Assembly: GCF_009914755.1 (NCBI RefSeq)
Contig: NC_060934.1
Length of the DNA: 64,000 nt
Strand: one strand, 5' to 3'
Source of the DNA: the human T2T-CHM13v2.0 reference genome, Homo sapiens
Shown here: in pieces, positions 1 through 12,214 of the stretch
Layout of the letters: the number at the start of each line of letters is the position of its first letter
Position numbering within the stretch: position 1 is the stretch's first letter
Notes under the pieces: generated by a model
What the model saw: the letters and a program-made list of their open reading frames with translations, nothing else
The model's database searches: none
What the model was told of the DNA's origin: nothing
Program-made: the position numbers and the translations under genes

Positions 1-95
1 TTATCTCTTTTGGGAGAGTTGACAGTCATCTCTAGGTGGATAGCAATAGCTACCAAACATTATACCTCCTGAGCTCCAGTGAGTTAGTGTCTTAC

Positions 96-156
96 CACCT
101 GCAGCCTGAGGTAATTTGATTTCACTTATGGCTAAGCAGAATGGTTTCTTAAATTC
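96..156 (-). other. Candidate internal exon (61 nt) of a minus-strand transcript, probably non-coding
   Basis: On the minus strand the acceptor reads gtttctgtttcttatgtctttcag|GAATTT and the donor GCAGGTG|gtaaga. Frame 0 is open (EFKKPFCLAISEIKLPQAAG) but I do not recognise the peptide. Confidence 0.45.
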
Positions 157-456
157 CTGAAAGACATAAGAAACAGAAACTCAAGGAAGAACAATTTCTG
201 CTGGAAAATGTGCTCTCCACACACCATAAATAGTGACCCCAAAAGTATATTTCAACCCAGAACAACTTTTCCATTTGTCCAGTGATAAATGTGCTTGTCA
301 GGAAGATAGTCTCAGAATGAATATCTGAGATATGTATCAATCACACAGTTTATTTATAGTTCTCTTGGTAAGCTTTCTCACCCTAATCTTTTTTCTCTTC
401 TTTTTTTCTTTTAGGCCAAACTCCTAGTCTAGGCCTTTATTTGCATGTAAGTTATC

Positions 457-768
<312 letters not shown>

Positions 769-1282
769 TAAGATGATAGTTGGAATAGCATCTAAAATTT
801 CCTTCTAGAATTTTCTAATATGTAATCAATATTGTAGTAATAAATAATATTTAATGACTTTTTAATAGTAAAAATTCTGATTCCTGACTAGCTTTTTGAG
901 AGCAGATACAATGCCCTCTTTTTCTTTACACTTTCTGAAACGGTTCTGGCACGTAACATGTATTTGTTGAATAAATAAAAATAATTTTATTACAGCACAT
1001 CGCTGATGTCACAGGAAAACAGTAACTTTCTGAAAGATTACAGTAGAAATAGAATGGAAATATTATGAATATAGGGATTTTATTTTATCTGCAGCACGAT
1101 AGAATCCGTGGAAGAAATGTGAGAGGCACATGATATGAAGCTCCTGGTCTCTTTTTCTCTAACCCTTCTTCAAAGACACATCCCTTAATTCTTTGGTAAA
1201 GAAGAGAGCTGTAATAGGACATTAGTCAGAGGTTGATTGTTCATCCCCACACTTGGGTAGCAACATTCTGGAGTCATGCAAG

Positions 1283-2229
1283 TGTGTCCGGAATTGGTGG
1301 GTTCTTGGTCTCACTGACTTTAAGAATGAAGCCGCGCACCCTCGCGGTGTTACAGTTCTTAAAGATGGTGTGTGCGGAGTTTGTTCCTTCTGATGTTCAG
1401 ACGTGTTCAGAGTTTCTTCCTTCTGGTGGGTTCATGGTCTTGCTGGCTTCAGGAGTGAAGCTGCAGACCTTCACGGGGACTGTTATAGCTCATAAAGGCA
1501 GTGTGGACCTAAAGAGCAAGCAGCAGCAAGATTTATTGCAAAGAGTGAAAGAACAAAACTTCCACGGTGGGGAAAGGGACCCAAGCGAATTGCCGCTGCT
1601 GGCTCAGGCAGCCTGCTTTTATTTCCTTATCTGACCCCACCCACATCCTGCTGATTGGTCCATTTTACAGAGAGCTGATTGGTCTGTTTTGACAGGGTGC
1701 TGATTGGTGCATTTACAATCCCTGAGCTAGACACAGTGCTGATTGGTGTATTTACAATCCTCTAGCTAGAGGTAAAAGTTCTCCAAGTCCCCACTAGATT
1801 AACTAGACGGAGAGCACAAGGTGTGTTTACAAACCTTGAGCTAGACAGAGGGTGCTGATTTGTGCATTTACAAACCTTGAGCTAGACACAGAGTGCTGAT
1901 TGGTGTGTTTACAAACCTTGAGCTAGACAGAGTGCTGATTGGTGTATATACAATCCTCCAGCTAGACATAAAAGTTCTCTAAGTTCTCACCCACTCAGGA
2001 GCCCAGCTGGCTTTGCCTAGTAAATCCTGCCTGCCAGTCCCGCAGCACCTGCAGTCCTCAGCCCTTGGGTGGTCAATGGGACTGGGCCCGCGGAACAGGG
2101 GACAGGGGAAGGCACCCGTCAGGTAGGCTCGGGCCGTGTGGGAGCCCACGGGGGCACGGGGAGGGGGTGCGGTGCCGGAAGTGGGGAAGGGGGTGGGAAG
2201 GGGGGTTGACTGGGGCATGGCGGGCTGCA
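1283..2229 (-). mobile_element. Solo LTR12 (ERV9 LTR, LTR12C/D-like), 5'-truncated in U3
   Basis: Starts tgtgtccggaattggtgggttcttgg, the reverse complement of the LTR12 U5 end. Has tandem ~40-bp gctgattggtg...tttacaa..cttgagctagac U3 repeats and a GC-rich U3 segment. Flanked by CAAG on both sides. Confidence 0.95.
1590..1945 (-). promoter_or_regulatory. ERV9/LTR12 U3 promoter-enhancer: NF-Y CCAAT array, GATA site, AATAAAA TATA-like box
   Basis: Six intact ATTGG (CCAAT on minus) at ~1654, 1678, 1703, 1742, 1899 and 1938. cttatct (AGATAAG on minus) at ~1626 and gcttttatt (AATAAAAGC on minus) at ~1615-1623. This is the known ERV9 LTR promoter layout; activity is not shown by the sequence. Confidence 0.65.
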
Positions 2230-2555
2230 CAAGGATATAACTAACTGTCACTGTTTCAGATTCAGTATCTGTCACATCACATTCTGTATGCAGGAAGAGC
2301 CTATGAATGTGGCAACTGCCACAAGGCTGTTGAGTCTGTGCCAGCTACTTGCCATGGTAATTGGGAATTGTGGGAACGACAGGGAGGAGTAGGTTCAGCC
2401 TTCCAATAGCAGATTTTTAGATCTCTCTCTCTTTTTTTAAGGAATGGGAAAAATTTCTTATCAAGACTATCTTAGCTGTTTTGTCTAACTCTGGGACTTT
2501 GTCATTTAACCTGTGTGGACTGAAATTTCTTCTTCAATTTCTATGAGAGACATAA

Positions 2556-2872
2556 ATTTAAAAATTTAATTTATCTTTTATACATGATGTTCATACATAT
2601 TTATGGAGTACATGTGAAATTTTGTTATATGTATAGAAGGTGTAATGAACAAGTCAGCATATTTAAGGTATCCATTACCTGAAGGTTTATCCTTTCTAAG
2701 TATTAGGTACATTTCAAGTCCTCTCTTCTAGCTGTTTTGAAATATGTAATACATTGTTGTTAACTGTAGTCACCCTACTTTGCTGTCAAACATTAGAATT
2801 TATTCCTTCTATCCAACTGTATGGTTGTACCCATTAGCCCACCTTTCTTCATTTCCTCCACACCCTTCCCGG
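2556..2872 (-). mobile_element. L1MA 3' end fragment
   Basis: Reverse L1MA 3'UTR (catatttatggagtacatgtga...ctctcttctagctgttttgaaatat). TSD gagagacataa at 2545-2555 and 2873-2883. Confidence 0.85.
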
Positions 2873-3550
2873 GAGAGACATAAGTTTTTATGGCTACATT
2901 AGATATGATGAAATTGAATCCCTTTTACTTTAGTAGTTTAAACATTTTTGTTTTTGTAAAATTTATATGAACTCATTGTATTTTGAAAATCAGACAAGAC
3001 AGAAAAACACAAAGATGAGAGGTAAGAAATAAGTAAAAAATCTTACCACCCCAAATAAACAACTTTTATTAATATTTGATTAATATTATTCAAGTTCTTT
3101 CCTTATGTACAGAAAGAATAATAGACAAAAATAGTTTGGAAAAAAATGGGATTACAGTATATTTTTATTAGCAAAACCATGAAGTTTCATTTTTCTTGAA
3201 TTTAACTGAAAAAAAGTGAAATGAAATGAAAAGAATTGTTGGATTTCCGAAAATGTTTCTGTGCTGTTGACTGGTCTCTGAAAACTCTAATGCCCTGCAA
3301 TACCTTGTTGAAAGCAGAGAACTGACAAATATTTGTTGAATGAGTATATGAATATGTTTCAGTGTTTGTTTTTAAGAGCTGATTTTTCTTAAGATTATAA
3401 TTCAGTCTTGTGTGGCCTCAAACTCAAGGTTGATTTTGTGTTTGTTCATGGGTTATAAATTCTTTTGCAAATATTTATTGAGCCCTATTTCCCAGGCACC
3501 ACGATAAGGGCTGGATACATGTCAACACGCCACAGGGGGTGGATTGTGTT

Positions 3551-3608
3551 AAAACCTCCTCCTAGACCTACCTTTGCCTAAAATCTCCTGCTAGACCTAC
3601 CTTTGCTG
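3551..3608. repeat. 29-bp tandem duplication
   Basis: aaaacctcctcctagacctacctttgcct followed by aaaatctcctgctagacctacctttgctg. Confidence 0.8.
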
Positions 3609-3614
3609 TTCTTT

Positions 3615-4000
3615 AGCCTCATCTGTGGCACTCTGCTCCTTGCCCTAGGACTCTGGCAACACTGGCCCCTGTTCTTCCCCTTAAATGCTCCTTCCTATCT
3701 TGAGAACTTTGGGTTGGTTACTGCTTCCATTAAATGCTCTTGTTTATCCTTTTGCCTAATTTCTCTCAACTCTTCCTTCAGCTCATATATTTCTTCCTGA
3801 GGGAAGCCCTCTAGAACCTTCTGAATAAACCAGATCCCTTTGTTGTACATCCTGCTCTATTTGTTTGTAGGCTTTTCACAGTATGTATTTATATATTTAC
3901 TTATTTGGTCATTCACTTGTCTTTTTCTGCCACTAGACTCTCAGTGCCATCGGGCAAGAGGCCTGGGTCCTCACCATCATACCCTCAGTGCCCAGCACGT
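3615..4000 (+). mobile_element. L2 LINE 3' fragment
   Basis: Degenerate L2 3' motifs (cttcctgagggaagccct, cactagact...gggcaagag, cagtgcccagcac). Confidence 0.55.
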
Positions 4001-4059
4001 CTTGGCCATGTTGTCTCAGACTACATTTAACTTTTCATATAACACATGGAAGTTAAATA

Positions 4060-4430
4060 AAACATGGTCCTTATCCTCAAGGAGTTTATGCTCTACTGTA
4101 AGTGAATCAATTATTGTAGTAGAGTATGAACATTGCTATGAGAGACGTATATTTGTACATCTTTGTAGGGAGTTTTGAAGGATGGGTAGGGAGGTGCTGG
4201 ATTATGATGTGTCCATGTGTATGTGGAGGTAGTCGTGGTGATAGGGATGGGATGAGAGTGTGGGAAAGAAAGCACTCTAGCCAGAGTCACTGAGTAGAAA
4301 GGCTCAAAAGCCTTAAATAGAGAGACATGTTCAGGGAAATACAGGTTATTCTGATACAGCTGAGGCCAAAGTTGGGTAGTGGAAAGGGAGAAAATTGAGG
4401 AAGATTATGTGCAGAATATGATTGGCTTTA
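4060..4430 (-). mobile_element. L2 LINE fragment
   Basis: acatggtccttatcctcaaggagttta and later reverse-L2 motifs. Probably continues the piece at ~3465-3520. Confidence 0.45.
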
Positions 4431-5054
4431 AATGCTGCTCAAAACATTATGTTGCATAATGTAATAACACTTTTCTTTCAAAATGAAATTGAACCATTAG
4501 GTTAGAAGTGCTCATAGCATGAGAAAATGTATTTACTAGTTAGAAAAGGTTGTTTGGTTTGTCTTACTACACATCAAATAAATCTATTTTTTTAGTCTCA
4601 AATTTTATTCTGATATTTACATGAAGCCACAGAGGTAAAACTTATTGTATAAAATAAAACAATAATTAAAGCTGTGGATAAAGTCTGAATATCTAAATAA
4701 AAGTAGAGGTTAAAGCTATTTAATTTTGCCATGAAGGATTTAAAAAAACCTCTTTTTTATGTCACATGGCCTTTTTTGGTGATAATTTTGAGGATTTTAG
4801 AATTATTCTGTGAAAAGTGGGCAAAATGGGTCAGTTAAATGACAGATTTGTAAGTTAAGTGGAAATGCCTTTGTATGAAAGAACATTATTTAGGAAAGGA
4901 ACAGCATGTAGTCTGTGCTTATTACTTCTGACGGGAGGACATTGAACAATATTTTGCTCTCCCTCTGTGGAGTGACAGAATATGTTTCATGAATGTGCTA
5001 AGTTAAACTGCCCCCCAGTATCTTCTACCACTGACATTCTTTCAGGAAATGTGG

Positions 5055-5225
5055 ATTCTCATCCTGGCTCTGCCAATACTAGGGTGGCTGGACCCAGAGG
5101 GCTTGATAAATGTGCATTCCTGGACCCCATGCTCAGATTTCTGCTTCCGAAGGTCTAGAGTGGGGCCCAGGAACGAATTTTTAAAAAGTCCCTGACCAGA
5201 TTCTAATGCATACTGAAGGACAGGA
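5055..5225. mobile_element. MER5A-like hAT-Charlie MITE
   Basis: gggcttgataaatgtgcattcctggacccc...gtggggcccaggaa...gattctaatgca resembles the MER5A core. Confidence 0.6.
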
Positions 5226-5529
5226 GGCAAAGTCTTCAGTCCATGAAAAATAGCAGTCTTCATACTGCAGGGAGCCATGAAAAGGATATGAGAAATTCTA
5301 TTCACCTGTCTAGGGCGCAGTAAGAAAGCTGGGCCTCTATTCAGGATGGTAGATGGGAAAAAAGAAGAGTCTGAGAAATTTGACACTTCCCAGACATTAA
5401 TTAGTATTCCCATGAAAAATAGAATCACTAAATGACCCATTTAAAAAATGAAAAGCTCACATGAGAATAGAAAAACACCATGAGGATTATCACACTGGTG
5501 GATTTACGTCACAAGAATTAGAGATAATA

Positions 5530-5882
<353 letters not shown>

Positions 5883-6523
5883 CTAGAAACCACAAGACAA
5901 AAACAGGATAATATGATACATAAATAAGAAGATTTGAAAAGAAACTACATAGAAATCATAGAAAATAAAATATGGCCATTATGAGAGAATATCCCTCAAA
6001 TAATGAGTCTAAATGTAGATTAGACACAGCTGAAAAGAGAATTATTTAAGTAGGGGAAAGATCTCAGGAAATTATTCAGGATGTAGCATAGAGAGATAAG
6101 GAGAAAGAAAATATGAAAAAAAAGCCACGAGACGTGAAGCAGAGACTGAAAGGCATACTGAGGCTCCAATAGAAAAAATGAAAAATGTGTATACCCAGAC
6201 AGCAACATAGTGCAATGGCAGCACATGAATTTCAAAGCAGAAATCAAAAAAGCTGCCAAGGATAAAATATTGATTATGTATGGGGAATGACAATCAACTA
6301 ATAACAAGGCTCTTATCAGAAATAATAGATGCCAGAAGATAATGGAATAATGAATGTATAACGCTGAGGGAAAATAAGAGTTCACCTAGAATTTTACACC
6401 CAAATTACCAATCAGGAGAGAGGACGATGAAATAAAGACATCTAACAGTATATGAAGACTGGGAGGGTTTGTTACTCACAGACCCTGCTAAAAGGAATGT
6501 CTGAAAGATATTTACCTCATGGA

Positions 6524-6817
6524 GGCTGGGCGCAGTGGCTCACGCCTGTAATCCCAGCACTTTGGGAGGTAGAGGTGGGTGGATCACAAGGTCAGGAGTT
6601 CAAGACCAGCCTGGCCAAGATGGTGAAACCCCTTCTCTACTAAAAATACAAAAATTAGCCGGGCGTGGTGGTGGGTGCCTGTAATCCCAGCTACTTGGGA
6701 GGCTGAGGCAGAGAATTGCTTGAACCCTGGAGGCGGAGGTTGCAGTGAGCTGAGATTGTGCCACTGTCTTCCAGCCTGGGCTACAGAACGACACTCGGTC
6801 TAAAAAAAAAAAAAAAA
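6524..6817 (+). mobile_element. Alu SINE (AluSg/Sx3-like)
   Basis: Full Alu with ggatcacaaggtc and ggccaagatgg. 19-bp TSD aaagatatttacctcatgg. Confidence 0.95.
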
Positions 6818-6898
6818 GATATTTACCTCATGGTAAAGCACAATACAGAAGGAAATAGTAGTATGCAAGAAGCATTTGGTGGGGAAAATTGATGTTTG

Positions 6899-6952
6899 TG
6901 TATTAGGTTTCTGTAGAGAAACCGACTGGCTCTGTATATGAGAGGAGATTTA
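6899..6952 (-). mobile_element. MLT2 (ERVL LTR) terminal ~55-bp remnant
   Basis: tgtattaggtttctgtagagaaac...tatatgagaggagattta resembles the reverse of the MLT2 3' end (compare the MLT2B end near 25297). It stops abruptly at the L1 poly(T). Confidence 0.55.
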
Positions 6953-6958
6953 AAAAAA

Positions 6959-7474
6959 TTTTTTTATTTTACTTTAAGTTCTGGGATACACACGCTAAAC
7001 GTGCAGGTTTGTCACGGTGGTTTGCTGCCCCTGTGCACTCATCATCTAGGTTTTAAGCCCTGCATGCATTAGGTATTTGTCCTAATGCTCTCCCTCCCCT
7101 TTTCCCCGACCCCCAACAGGCCCTGGTGGGTGATGTTCCCTTCCCTGTGTCCACGTGTTCTCATTGTTCCATAAAAAAATAACTCATTATTTTTTTATGG
7201 CTGCATAATATTCCATGGTGTATATGTGCCACATTTTCTTTATCCAGTCTATCATTGATGGGCATTTGGGTTGGTTCCAAGTCTTTGCTATTGTAAATAG
7301 TGCTGCAATAAACATATGTGTGCATGTGTCTTTATAGTAGAATGATTTTTAATCCTTTGGGTATATACCCAGTAATGGGATGCTTGGTCAAATGGTATTT
7401 CTGGTTCTAGATCCTTGAGGAATTGCCACAGTCTTCCACAATGGTTGAACTAATTTATACTCCCATCAACAATG
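6959..7474 (-). mobile_element. L1PA (L1PA8-like) 3' end with an internal deletion
   Basis: ttttactttaagttctgggataca...ctaggttttaagccctgcatgcattagg. Part of the 3'UTR is missing near 7170. Confidence 0.9.
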
Positions 7475-8468
7475 TAATTTACTTTCCTACCAACAGTCTG
7501 GAGCCTTGCCAGCATCTGTTTTTTTCTTTTTAATAGCCATTCTGACTGGTGGGAGATGGTATCTCATTGTGGTTTTGATTTACATTTATCTGATCATTAG
7601 AGATGCTGAGAATTTATCATATGTTTGTTGGCTGTTTGTATGTCTTCTTTTGAGAAGTGTCTGTTCATGTCTTTTGCCAATTTTTAATGGGTTATTTGTT
7701 TTTTGCTTGTTGAATTAAGTTCCTTATAGATTCTGGATATTAGGCCTTTATTGGATATATAGTTTATAAATATTTTCTCCTAATCTGTAGGTTGCCTATT
7801 TATTCTGTTGATAGTTTGTTTTGCTATGCAGAAGTTCCTTAGTTTAATTAGGTCTCACTTGTCACTTTTTTTTCAATTGCTTTTGAAGACTTATTCATAA
7901 ATTCTTTTCCAAAGCCAGTGTCCAGAATGGTGTTTCCTAGGTTTTCTTCTAGGATCCTTATGTTTCTAGGTCTTATATTTAAATCTCTAACCCATCTTGA
8001 GTTGATTTTTATATATAGTGAAACATAAGTTTCCAGTTTCAATCTTCTGCATATGGCTAGCCAGTTATCGCAGCAACATTTATTGAATAGGGAGTTCTTT
8101 TCCCATTGCTTATTTTTGTCAACTTTGTCAAAGATCACATGGCTGTAGATGTGCAGCTTTATTTCCGGGCTCTCCATTCTGTTTCATTGGTCTGTGTTCT
8201 GTTTTTGTGCCAGTACCATGCTCTTTAGGTTACTGTTACCTTGTAGCACAGTTTGAAGTCAGATAATGTGATGCGCTGGCTTTGTTGTTTTTGCTTGGAA
8301 TTACCTAGGTTATTTGGGCTCTTTTGTGAGCCCATATGAATTTTAGAATAGTGTTTTCTAGTTCTGTGGAAAATGATATTCAGAGCTTGACAGGCATAGT
8401 GTCGAATCTGCAGATAGCTTTAGGCAGTATGGCCATTTTAACAATATTGATACTTCTAACCCATGAGC
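7475..8468 (-). mobile_element. Older L1 (L1PA15/16 or L1PB-like) ORF2 3' fragment lacking its own 3'UTR and tail
   Basis: ORF 7848-8177 is an ORF2 remnant ([25 protein letters not shown]). The sequence resembles the older L1 at 29573-31876. Confidence 0.85.
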
Positions 8469-10182
8469 TATTTTTACCACATTTACAATTACTTCATTTA
8501 AGTCTTGAACTCCTCCAAATTACCCAGGAGGGCTGAAATCAACTTCTTCCAAATTCATGTTAATGTTGACATTTTGGCTTCCTCTCAGCAATCATGAATG
8601 TTCTTAATGACATCTAGAATGGTGAATCATTTCCAGAAAGTTATGAATGTATTTTGCTCAGAACCATAAGAGGAATCATTATCTATGTCAGTTATAGCCT
8701 TATGAAATATATTTTTTTAAATAATAACACTTGAAAATCGAAATTTCTCCTTGATCCATGGGATGCAGGATAGATACTGTGCTAGCAGGCATCAAAACAA
8801 CATTCATCTCCTTGTCCATGTCCATCGGAGTTCTTGGGTCTGCAGATACATTGTCAATGAGCAGTGATATTTTGAAAGGAATCTTGTTTTCTGACCAGTA
8901 GGTCTCAACAGTGGGTCTGATATCTTCAGTTAACCTTGTTGTAACCAGATGTGCTATCACCCAGGCTTTACTATCCTATTTATAGAGCACAGGCAGAATA
9001 GATTTAGCATCATTAGGAACCCTAGGATTTTTGAAATGGCAAATGAACAGTGGCCTCAAATTCATGTCACTAGCTGCATTATCCCCTAACAGGAGAGTCA
9101 GCCTATTATTCAAAGCTTCGAATTCAGACATTAACATCTTCTCTGTACCTATGAAAGTCCTAGGTGGCAGCTTCTTCCAATAGAAGGCTATTACTCCATT
9201 GAAAATCCATTGTTTGGTATAGCCACTTTCATCAGGTTTCTTAGCTAGATCTTCTGGATAATTTTTGCTCCTTTGACATCAGCACTTGCTGGTTTACTTT
9301 ACACTTTTCTATTATGAAGACAACTTCTTTCCTTAAGCCTCTTAAATCAACCTCTGCTAGCATCCAACTTTTTTTCTGCAGATATATATATATATTTTTT
9401 TTCACCTCTCTCAGGCTTCATAGAGCTAACAGGAATTAGGGCCTTCCGCTGGGTTAGGCTTTGGCTTAAGAGAATGCTGTGGCTGGTTTGATTTTCTATC
9501 CAAACAAATCACTAAAACTTTCTTCACATAAGCAATAAGGTTGTTTTGCTTTCTTATCATTCATGTGTTTACCGGAGCAGCACTTTTAATTTCCTCAAGG
9601 ACTTTTTCTTCACCTCTACAACTGGGCTGTTTGGTGCAAGAGGCCTGGTTTTTGGCCTGTCTTAGCTTTCAGTACGTCTTCCTCACTAAATCATTTCTAG
9701 TCTTTGATTTAAAGTGAGAGAGTTGTGACTATTCTTTTCACTTGAACACTTAAAAGGCCATTATAGGGTTATTAATTGGCCTCATTTCAATATTCTTGTG
9801 TCTCAGGGAATAGGGAGGCTCAAGGAGAGGGAGAGAGACAGGGGAATGGCCGGTCAGTGGAACGGTAAGAACACAGACATTTGTTGATTATGTTTGTTGT
9901 CCTTTATAGGTGTGGATCGTGGTGCCCCAAAACATTTACAATAGTAACATCAGAGGTCACTGATTACAGATCATCATCACAGATATAAGAGTAATGAAAA
10001 AGTTTGAGATAGTGCAAGAATGATCAAAATGTGACACAGAGACACACAGTGAATACATGCTGTTGGAAAAATGACGTGAACAGATTTTCTTAATGAAGGA
10101 TTGCCACAAGCCTTCAATTTATAAAACATACAATACCTACAAAGCACAATAAAGTGAAGTTCAATAAGATGAGGTATGTTTG
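8466..10182 (-). mobile_element. Tigger1 DNA transposon with decayed transposase; one end missing
   Basis: ORF 8700-8960 is a pogo/Tigger DDE fragment (KIPFKISLLIDN...LHPMDQG.I..FK.YYL). TIR gaggtatgtttg followed by TA at 10171-10184. About 0.7 kb including the other TIR is absent. Confidence 0.95.
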
Positions 10183-10184
10183 TA

Positions 10185-10480
10185 TTTTAAAGTAAACAAA
10201 ACAATACACAATCTTGCATATACATACTAAAAAATATACAAATATAAAAATGGAACATATCTTTAAGATAATGGTTGTCCTTGCAGAAAAATAAGGAATG
10301 AGACAGAAGAGAGATACCAAGAATCCTTGAAAAGTATCTGTAATAGGTTTTTATGCAGAAAAATCCAGAGAAAACGCAGAAAAATGACAAAATTCATAAA
10401 TGATCTGTGCTGGGCACTTGGCTGTTTTAATGCATGACATTTCTGTGTGTTTGAAGTATTTTATAGTGATATTTCAAAGC
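10185..10480 (+). mobile_element. Old L1 (L1ME/MC) 3' end fragment
   Basis: Degenerate L1M 3'UTR ending tttctgtgtgtttgaagtattttatagt. Confidence 0.5.
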
Positions 10481-11559
10481 TCTAGAGTTATTCTTTTGTG
10501 CTATTAGGTTTGGGAATGGACAGAATAGATGACTCTCTGTCACCTTCCAGTTCGACTTTTGGCCAAGTCGATACATTACTTGAAAAGCGCCTTGATGAAG
10601 CTTATGTATACCCAAGCCTCTTTGTGTTTCTGGAGAAGTTAATAAGAATTGGGCCACAAAACTGCTGAAGACTTGAAGGGAGCAGTTTAATCTTGGGCTG
10701 TCATATTGAGTAAGTGGCTTCTGTTCCAGCCATCTGTTCTAGTCATAGTGCACCACATCCCATCCTGTATGCTTGGCAGGGTCTCATTCCCATCATTATC
10801 CCTCAAAGAGCTCTAGACTGGAATTTTAAAAATTTCACATTGACACGCGGGGGAAATTGTTGACAGGAGAAAGGCTCTAGATGACATGTTTTCACCCCTG
10901 GTGTTTTTCATGGGAGAGGGAAGGGGTGTGTAAAAGTATAATTAGACGATTCTTCAGAGTTTTGTCCAATGGAGCTCTGTGGGTAGCTCCCCCCGCAACC
11001 CCAGCAGAACTATCACCCATTTCTTGCCAATGTGTTCTTTTCAATTACTCTTAATATCCCATCCAGAATTAGAGATGGAAGAAATAACTGGGTCAGCTCA
11101 TCTTTGCTTTGCCAATGCAGGTGTTTTCTAACATGTTTTCTGTGGTGGTGCCCAGTTGTTAATAACATGCCTGTGCACAGTGCAATTATTTTGATGGTAG
11201 AGAGAAGATGATAAACGGAGCCTGTTCTGTGCTACAAGGACCGTTTCACCACAGCCCTTCTATGCAGCATCACTGGGGAAACTCGTTGATTTCCACATCT
11301 GCATTGAAAACCCTTGACTGAAACTCCCTTGCAAATCAGGAGTGAGAAGAAACGGAATGTTTTGGGTAACAAGTGAAGCTTCATGTCACCTTGTTTTTAA
11401 TGTCTTAGTTCTAGCCAGATATGGTCTAGCCACAGGACGCGTATAATCATATAGTCTTAGATATTTCAGGACAGCTTTTGTTAGGCAGGATCTGTCCTGT
11501 GGTCCTTATAGCACTCAGCAGATGATGGTCACTGTAACTATAATTCCTTCAGCAACTGA

Positions 11560-11775
11560 ACCAGCCTCTTTCGGCTATGAGTTGTGTGGCTCTTAGCACC
11601 TGTACTTATTTTTATTGTGGCATATATTATTTTGTGTTGTAATGACTGTTTGTCTCTCCCGCTATATAGAGCCCTGTGAGTATAAAGATTGTATACTTGT
11701 CCTTCTTTCCTCAGGATCCCAGCATAGTATGTGGTACATAATTTGTATTTTGTGAATATTTTTGAATGGATCAAT
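11560..11775 (+). mobile_element. L2 3' end
   Basis: tgtttgtctctccc...cccagcatagtatgtggtacata...aatatttttgaatgga. Confidence 0.6.
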
Positions 11776-12214
11776 TAATCTTGATCTTAGGTCCTCATGA
11801 AAGAGAGGTGGTTATGATGCCTGAATTGTAGGGGTTCCATGGTTAGGTGGCATAGTTAGTACCGGCAAGTTACTTAAGACAATATACAAATTTCATTAGT
11901 CACCTTTTCATTCAGTAAGAATTTGAGTGTTTTTGAGCCAGGAAGGCAAGATGTTAGAGGTCATGCAGAGTCCAAGAGAGAAGATATATTCCCTGCCCCA
12001 CAGGAGCAGAGGAAATAAGAGAGAACTCAAATAATTAGAGTAATGAGATAGGATGCTAATTAGGAATGTTGACAAAAACATTTAAATGGGCTAGAAGTTG
12101 ACAGTACTTTTGGCTAGTTTAAAATAAATTGGTACTGTCTGGTTAGGAGAAACCTCTTCTGTTGGAGTTTTAGGGAGACAATAAGTAGTATCCCTTTTCC
12201 CCTGTTCCCAGTTT

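Noticed and set aside
1233-2275. 133-aa and 98-aa ORFs over LTR12
   Set aside because: They lie almost entirely within LTR12 sequence and start at non-ATG codons. Such ORFs are a known source of spurious gene predictions.
8700-8960. Tigger transposase ORF as a domesticated TIGD-like gene
   Set aside because: Only 86 aa. The surrounding transposase has stops, indels and a (TA)n insertion, and the C-terminal part is deleted.
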